From a candidate division TA06 bacterium (GTDB lineage Bacteria > Ratteibacteria > UBA8468 > MWAK01), in contig JAKJFK010000009.1 in the NCBI GenBank assembly GCA_022704925.1, positions 1 through 19,630 on the forward strand: a stretch of DNA of 19,630 nucleotides. The letters are read 5' to 3'. Positions within the stretch are counted from its first letter, which is position 1. Every line of letters begins with the position of its first letter. The position numbers were made by a program, and so were the translations under genes. This document shows positions 16,479-19,630 of this stretch, piece after piece. The notes under the pieces were generated by a model. The model was not told where the DNA came from. It searched no databases and saw nothing but the letters and a program-made list of their open reading frames with translations.

Positions 16479-17932
16479 AGGTTGATCCCCAGCAGGTTCA
16501 GGCCGAGATTGAGGAAGAACCCGACCGTGAAGGAGAAGAAGAGGGTGAAGATCGAGATCGAGACTCCGACCTTCCAGCCCCGCTCCTTGATGTTCATCAG
16601 GAACTGGGCGACGCAGGGCAGGAAAAGGGTCAGGGTAACTGCGGCCACCAGCAGCTGGTTGCCGCTGAGCAGGCCGGCCTTCTTGAGATCGTAAAGGCCG
16701 CCGGCGCCGTAGTCGCGACGGAAGAAACCGAAGAGGAAGGCGACCGCCGTTTCCGCCGGCAGCCCCAGCCAGCGGACCGGGAAGGTCAGGATCCGCACCA
16801 GCAGATCGAAGAGGTGGGAGAGGCGTCCGGCCCAGATGAGCAGGCTGGCGAAGATGAACATCGGCATTATTTCCAGGAAGTACCACTTGATCCGGGCACC
16901 GGTCTTGACCAGGATGTTGGAAAACAGCGGCCGCCGCAGCAGCGGGATTTCCAGGTAAAAATCGGGCGGATCGCCCGGTACCAGACGGGAGGCCAGGAAG
17001 CCGGCCAGCAGGAAGACGGCCAGGATGATCATCGCCCAGACCGCGATGCCGGCCGGTTTTTCGGCCAGCAGCGAGAAGATCACCCCCAGTTGGGCGGCGC
17101 AGGGTACGGCCAGGGCCAGCAGCAGGGTGGCGATGAATCGCTCCCGGCGGGTCGGCAGGGTCCGGGTCACCAGGGTGGCCATAGTGTCGCAGCCCAGCCC
17201 CAGCACCAGCGGGATCACCGCCCGGCCGGTCAGGCCGATCTTCTTGAAGAACCGGTCCAGCAGCAGGGCCAGCCGGGGAAGATAGCCGGTATCCTCCAGC
17301 ACGGCGAAGGCCAGGAAGAAGGTGGTCACGATGGGCAGGATCAGGGCCACCGCGTAGCGCACCCCCAGGGTGATGATGCCGTATTCGCCGGTGAAGAGTT
17401 CCCTCAGGGCCGGCCAGGGCAGCCAGCGGTTCGATGCCCCGGTCAGCCAGGGCGTGAGGCGCTGGTTGAAGAGATGCTCCTCGAGCAGGTCCACCAGCAC
17501 GCCGGCCCCGAAACGGCCCACGAAGAGATAGAGCCCGAAATAAAGGATCAGGAAGAGGATCGGCAGGCCGGTGACCGGGTTGATCATCAGCCGGCTGAGC
17601 TGGAGCTGAAAATCGGCCACCGCCGAGCGTTTCTGGCAGCAGATGGTCTCAGCCGCCAGCCGGCTGGCCCGGGCCTGGTAGTAGCGGGCGATCAGGTAGG
17701 CCGGCGGTTCGTCGAGCCGCTCCTTCAATTCGGTCACCAGCCCGGCGATTTCGGTCCAGGCCTCCGGTTCCTTTTCCCGCACCAGCTGAAGCATCTCCTG
17801 GTCGTCCTGGATCAGGAGTAGGGCCACGAAATCTGGCCGGAATCCGTAATCGGCCTTCAGCCGGGCCGCGATCCGCTTCCGGTAATCGGCCGCCAGCCGC
17901 TGGTACCTGGCCTCAGGTTTTTCGTTGCTCAT
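16475..17932 (-). CDS. feoB: Ferrous iron transporter FeoB, membrane (permease) portion plus helical linker, as a separate ORF
   Basis: ~100 aa of soluble helical linker region (MSNEKPEARYQRLAADYRKRIAARL...), then many TM helices including the FeoB gate-like GLGCDTMATLVTRTL. It begins 20 nt inside the end of the G-domain ORF, in the +1 frame. Confidence 0.75.
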   Translation of the reverse strand: MSNEKPEARYQRLAADYRKRIAARLKADYGFRPDFVALLLIQDDQEMLQLVREKEPEAWTEIAGLVTELKERLDEPPAYLIARYYQARASRLAAETICCQKRSAVADFQLQLSRLMINPVTGLPILFLILYFGLYLFVGRFGAGVLVDLLEEHLFNQRLTPWLTGASNRWLPWPALRELFTGEYGIITLGVRYAVALILPIVTTFFLAFAVLEDTGYLPRLALLLDRFFKKIGLTGRAVIPLVLGLGCDTMATLVTRTLPTRRERFIATLLLALAVPCAAQLGVIFSLLAEKPAGIAVWAMIILAVFLLAGFLASRLVPGDPPDFYLEIPLLRRPLFSNILVKTGARIKWYFLEIMPMFIFASLLIWAGRLSHLFDLLVRILTFPVRWLGLPAETAVAFLFGFFRRDYGAGGLYDLKKAGLLSGNQLLVAAVTLTLFLPCVAQFLMNIKERGWKVGVSISIFTLFFSFTVGFFLNLGLNLLGINL

Positions 17933-18473
17933 GGGCGGTCAAAATGATCTCCTTCAGCTTGTCAATGCCGCGGCCGGTGGTCGAGACGGTGGCCGCCGCC
18001 GGCAACCCCAGTTCCCTTTCCAGGCGTTCCAGGTCGATGCGCAGGCCCAGCTTCTCGGCGTCATCCATGATGTTCAGGACCAGCACCAGGGAGAGGCCGG
18101 CCTCCCGCAGCTGGAGGGTCAGGGGCAGCATCCGTTCCAGGTTCTTGGCGTCGATTACGTGCAGGACCAGCTCCGGCCGCTCCAGCCTCAGAATGTCGCG
18201 CGCCACCCGCTCCTCCTCGGTGAGCGGCAGCAGGGAGTAGAGGCCCGGGGTATCGATCACCTCGAACTCCACCTCTCCGATCCGGGCCTGCCCCCGGCTG
18301 ACCTCCACGGTGGTACCGGGATAATTGGAGACGATCAGGTAGGAGTTAGTGAGTCGGTTGAAGAGCGAGGACTTGCCGACATTGGGGCTGCCCACCAGGG
18401 CCAGCCGCGGCCGGCCCGGACCGGCTTCGAACGGCCTTTTCCCGTTCTTTCTGACGTTGTTAATTTCGGTCAT
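17913..18473 (-). CDS. feoB: FeoB N-terminal GTPase (G-domain) portion as a separate ORF
   Basis: Real start MTEINN at 18473 (the track ORF extends further upstream out of context). G1 GSPNVGKSS, G2 GTT, G3 DTPG, G4 NIMD and G5-like TVSTTGRG. Ends ...LTAHEQRKT* at 17913, with an A5 tract (plus-strand T5 17918-17922) at the junction. The start overlaps the fur stop by 14 nt. Confidence 0.75.
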   Translation of the reverse strand: MTEINNVRKNGKRPFEAGPGRPRLALVGSPNVGKSSLFNRLTNSYLIVSNYPGTTVEVSRGQARIGEVEFEVIDTPGLYSLLPLTEEERVARDILRLERPELVLHVIDAKNLERMLPLTLQLREAGLSLVLVLNIMDDAEKLGLRIDLERLERELGLPAAATVSTTGRGIDKLKEIILTAHEQRKT

Positions 18474-18936
18474 CCGGCCCGCCTTTCTTCCGGCATTCCG
18501 GGCAGATCCCGTATAATTCCAGCCGGTGACGCTCCATCTGGAAACCGTGTTTTCGGCCGAGTTTCTCCTGGAGCTGTTCCAGAGTCGGATCAAAGACCTC
18601 GACCAGCCGGCCGCAGCGGGTGCAGACCAGGTGGTCGTGATGGTCGTGCCGGTAAAGGTGTTCGTAGCGGACCGGTTCGTTCTCCAGTTTTATCGGGCGG
18701 CAGAGTCCGCAGTCGCAGAAGATCTTCAAGCTCCGGTAAACGGTGGCGTAACCCACCGAGGGTAATCGCCGCCTGGCCAGCTGGTAGAGCTGATCGGCCG
18801 TCAGGTGGCGCTCGGCCCGCAGAAAAACGTCCAGGATCTCTTCCCGCACCCGGCTGCGGTTCAGCCGCCGGTCCGCCAGGAACTTTTGCAGTACCTCGGT
18901 TTCCGTGTTTCCAGTCTTCATTTTTCCGGCCGTCAT
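18460..18936 (-). CDS. fur: Ferric uptake regulator (Fur family)
   Basis: Fur-family architecture: DNA-binding helix region (TADQLYQLARRRLPSVGYATVYRSLKIF), HDHHDH plus CxxC...CxxC metal sites (CTRCG, CPECR). Start ATG 18936 (MTAGK) or 18921 (MKTGN). The track's longer N-terminus (to 18969) runs through the Fur box and the promoter -10 and is not coding. Confidence 0.85.
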   Translation of the reverse strand: MTAGKMKTGNTETEVLQKFLADRRLNRSRVREEILDVFLRAERHLTADQLYQLARRRLPSVGYATVYRSLKIFCDCGLCRPIKLENEPVRYEHLYRHDHHDHLVCTRCGRLVEVFDPTLEQLQEKLGRKHGFQMERHRLELYGICPECRKKGGPDDRN

Positions 18937-18948
18937 ATTTATTTCAAT

Positions 18949-18967
18949 GAAAATGAAAATCAATATC
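18949..18967. promoter_or_regulatory. Fur box (16/19 match to GATAATGATAATCATTATC) within an extended NATWAT hexamer array
   Basis: GAAAATGAAAATCAATATC at 18949-18967. The flanking hexamers ATTTAT TTCAAT ... CATTTT extend the array over about 18937-18972. This is an AT-rich island in high-GC DNA. It lies immediately downstream of the fur -10 and covers the predicted transcription start. Confidence 0.75.
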
Positions 18968-18997
18968 ATTTTACCCGGTCGGCGGTCCCGGTGTCAA
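18968..18997 (-). promoter_or_regulatory. Sigma-70-type promoter for fur: TTGACA-N18-TAAAAT
   Basis: Minus strand: TTGACA (18997..18992), an 18-nt spacer and TAAAAT (18973..18968). It has the same hexamers and spacer length as the predicted zur promoter. Confidence 0.55.
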
Positions 18998-19019
18998 CCC
19001 GGTTCGGTTCCGGTTGGCC

Positions 19020-19054
19020 TTGACAAACCGGCCGGGGGGGGGGGGTATTATAAG
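19020..19054 (+). promoter_or_regulatory. Putative promoter with a G12 homopolymer inside the -35/-10 spacer
   Basis: TTGACA (19020-19025), a 20-nt spacer made of AACCGGCC plus G12 (19034-19045), then TATTAT (19046-19051) / TATAAG (19049-19054). It is followed by a ~65-nt leader, GGAGG (19111-19115) and ATG 19122. Confidence 0.5.
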
Positions 19055-19121
19055 ATCGAAATAGGCGCGGGTGTGCCGTCTGTTTTTTTGATTGTCCCAA
19101 AAATCCACCGGGAGGTAAGTG

Positions 19122-19630
19122 ATGCCCCACGGATTTGGGTACCGTATCCGTTTTCTTCGCATTTTCCTCCTTCTGACCCTATCCGTTATTGCAGCAATTA
19201 TAATCTTTCCCGCATTCTCTTACTCCCAGCCGTCCCTGCTGGCCGAGCACGCCTACATCCGCAAATCCCATCAGTTCGACCGGGGCGCGGTTCATGTCTT
19301 CCTGAAAAATCCCGGCGTCACGGCAGTTGAGGTGGAGGAGGTCTGCCTCAACGGCGCCCGGCTGGAGGACCTGCCCAACGCAACCGCCGTCTGGACTCAA
19401 GTTTTACCGAGCCCGATTCCGCCGGGCGAAGTTTCCGACCTGACGATCATGCTGCCCCGGGCCGCCGCCAACTATAAACTCCCCCTGGAGGTAAAGGTGA
19501 AGCTGCAAACCGGGGAGATCCTGACGATACCCGTTGACCAGGTCAACGGCCCTTTTAAAATCACCGGCAGCTACTTTTCCGATAACCTCGACCAGGTCTA
19601 CATCTACCTGCAGAACACCGGCCAGACCAG
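19122..19630 (+). CDS. Hypothetical secreted or membrane-anchored protein, 3'-truncated by window edge
   Basis: I read this frame by hand and found no stop from ATG 19122 to the window end (169 codons). The track omits it because it has no in-window stop. Strong RBS GGAGG-6nt-ATG. The N-terminus MPHGFGYRIRFLRIFLLLTLSVIAAIIIFPAFSYSQPS is a signal or signal-anchor sequence. The remainder (…VEVEEVCLNGARLEDLPNATAVWTQVLP…FKITGSYFSDNLDQVYIYLQNTG) has no family I recognise. Confidence 0.6.
   Translation, partial: MPHGFGYRIRFLRIFLLLTLSVIAAIIIFPAFSYSQPSLLAEHAYIRKSHQFDRGAVHVFLKNPGVTAVEVEEVCLNGARLEDLPNATAVWTQVLPSPIPPGEVSDLTIMLPRAAANYKLPLEVKVKLQTGEILTIPVDQVNGPFKITGSYFSDNLDQVYIYLQNTGQT

Noticed and set aside
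16011-16886. Track ORF extends the FeoA-like protein to 291 aa.
   Set aside because: The upstream 136 residues are an out-of-frame overlap with the feoB C-terminus (Pro/Arg/Gly-rich). MKCSF at 16478, in an ATGA overlap with the feoB stop, is the credible start.
18460-18969. Track ORF gives Fur a 169-aa product starting MILIFIFIEIN.
   Set aside because: The first 11 codons are the translated AT-rich Fur-box hexamer array and the promoter -10. The real start is an internal ATG (18936 or 18921).
19026-19060. Second Fur box near the plus-strand promoter (TATTATAAGATCGAAATAG).
   Set aside because: Poor match to the Fur consensus (<10/19). It was not reported as a site, and any Fur control of the downstream gene would have to come from the 18949-18967 box.
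18905-19330. 141-aa plus-strand ORF and 63-aa minus-strand ORF (18971..19162) spanning the fur/unknown-gene intergenic region.
   Set aside because: They run through promoter elements and the G12 tract (translating it as PPPP/GGGG) and are out of frame with the well-supported downstream CDS that starts at the GGAGG-ATG at 19122.

Overview
This is a high-GC bacterial chromosomal window (roughly two-thirds G+C by eye) that appears to be mostly core genome, with about 20 genes. Nearly every six-frame ORF on the opposite strand of a real gene is a GC-driven shadow ORF. The plus strand from 1 to 10.3 kb is one tightly packed co-directional block: glycogen synthase (glgA, 5' partial), a GH57 glucan enzyme, a ~500-aa protein I tentatively place in the L-fucose/L-arabinose isomerase family, a DUF1015 protein whose start overlaps the preceding stop, orotate phosphoribosyltransferase, an MFS-type permease, an SPFH/stomatin protein, prephenate dehydrogenase and an alpha/beta-hydrolase esterase. 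A zinc-uptake locus lies on the minus strand from 10.3 to 14.2 kb: Zur-like Fur-family regulator, then an outer-membrane beta-barrel protein, a frameshifted periplasmic ZnuA-like binding protein, the ATPase and the permease. It is followed on the plus strand by a radical-SAM protein translationally coupled to a YggS-type PLP-homeostasis protein. A tandem array of four ~35-bp hairpin repeats capped by UUCG tetraloops separates the convergent yggS and feoA-like genes. The minus strand from 16.0 to 18.9 kb is an iron locus with unusual organisation: fur, then a FeoB G-domain ORF, a separate FeoB membrane ORF (junction at an A5 tract) and last a FeoA-like protein with a Cys-rich N-terminus. The fur-proximal intergenic region at 18.94-19.12 kb is AT-rich against the GC background. 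It carries a near-consensus Fur box abutting a TTGACA-N18-TAAAAT promoter for fur, and a divergent promoter whose -35/-10 spacer contains a G12 homopolymer, in front of a signal-peptide protein of unknown function that runs off the window end. I saw no rRNA, tRNA, CRISPR array or mobile element. The notable items are the two frame disruptions that both hit metal importers, the poly-G promoter spacer, the tetraloop hairpin repeat array, and the atypical feo gene order with a zinc-ribbon FeoA. All family assignments come from motif recognition in the supplied translations, not from database searches.
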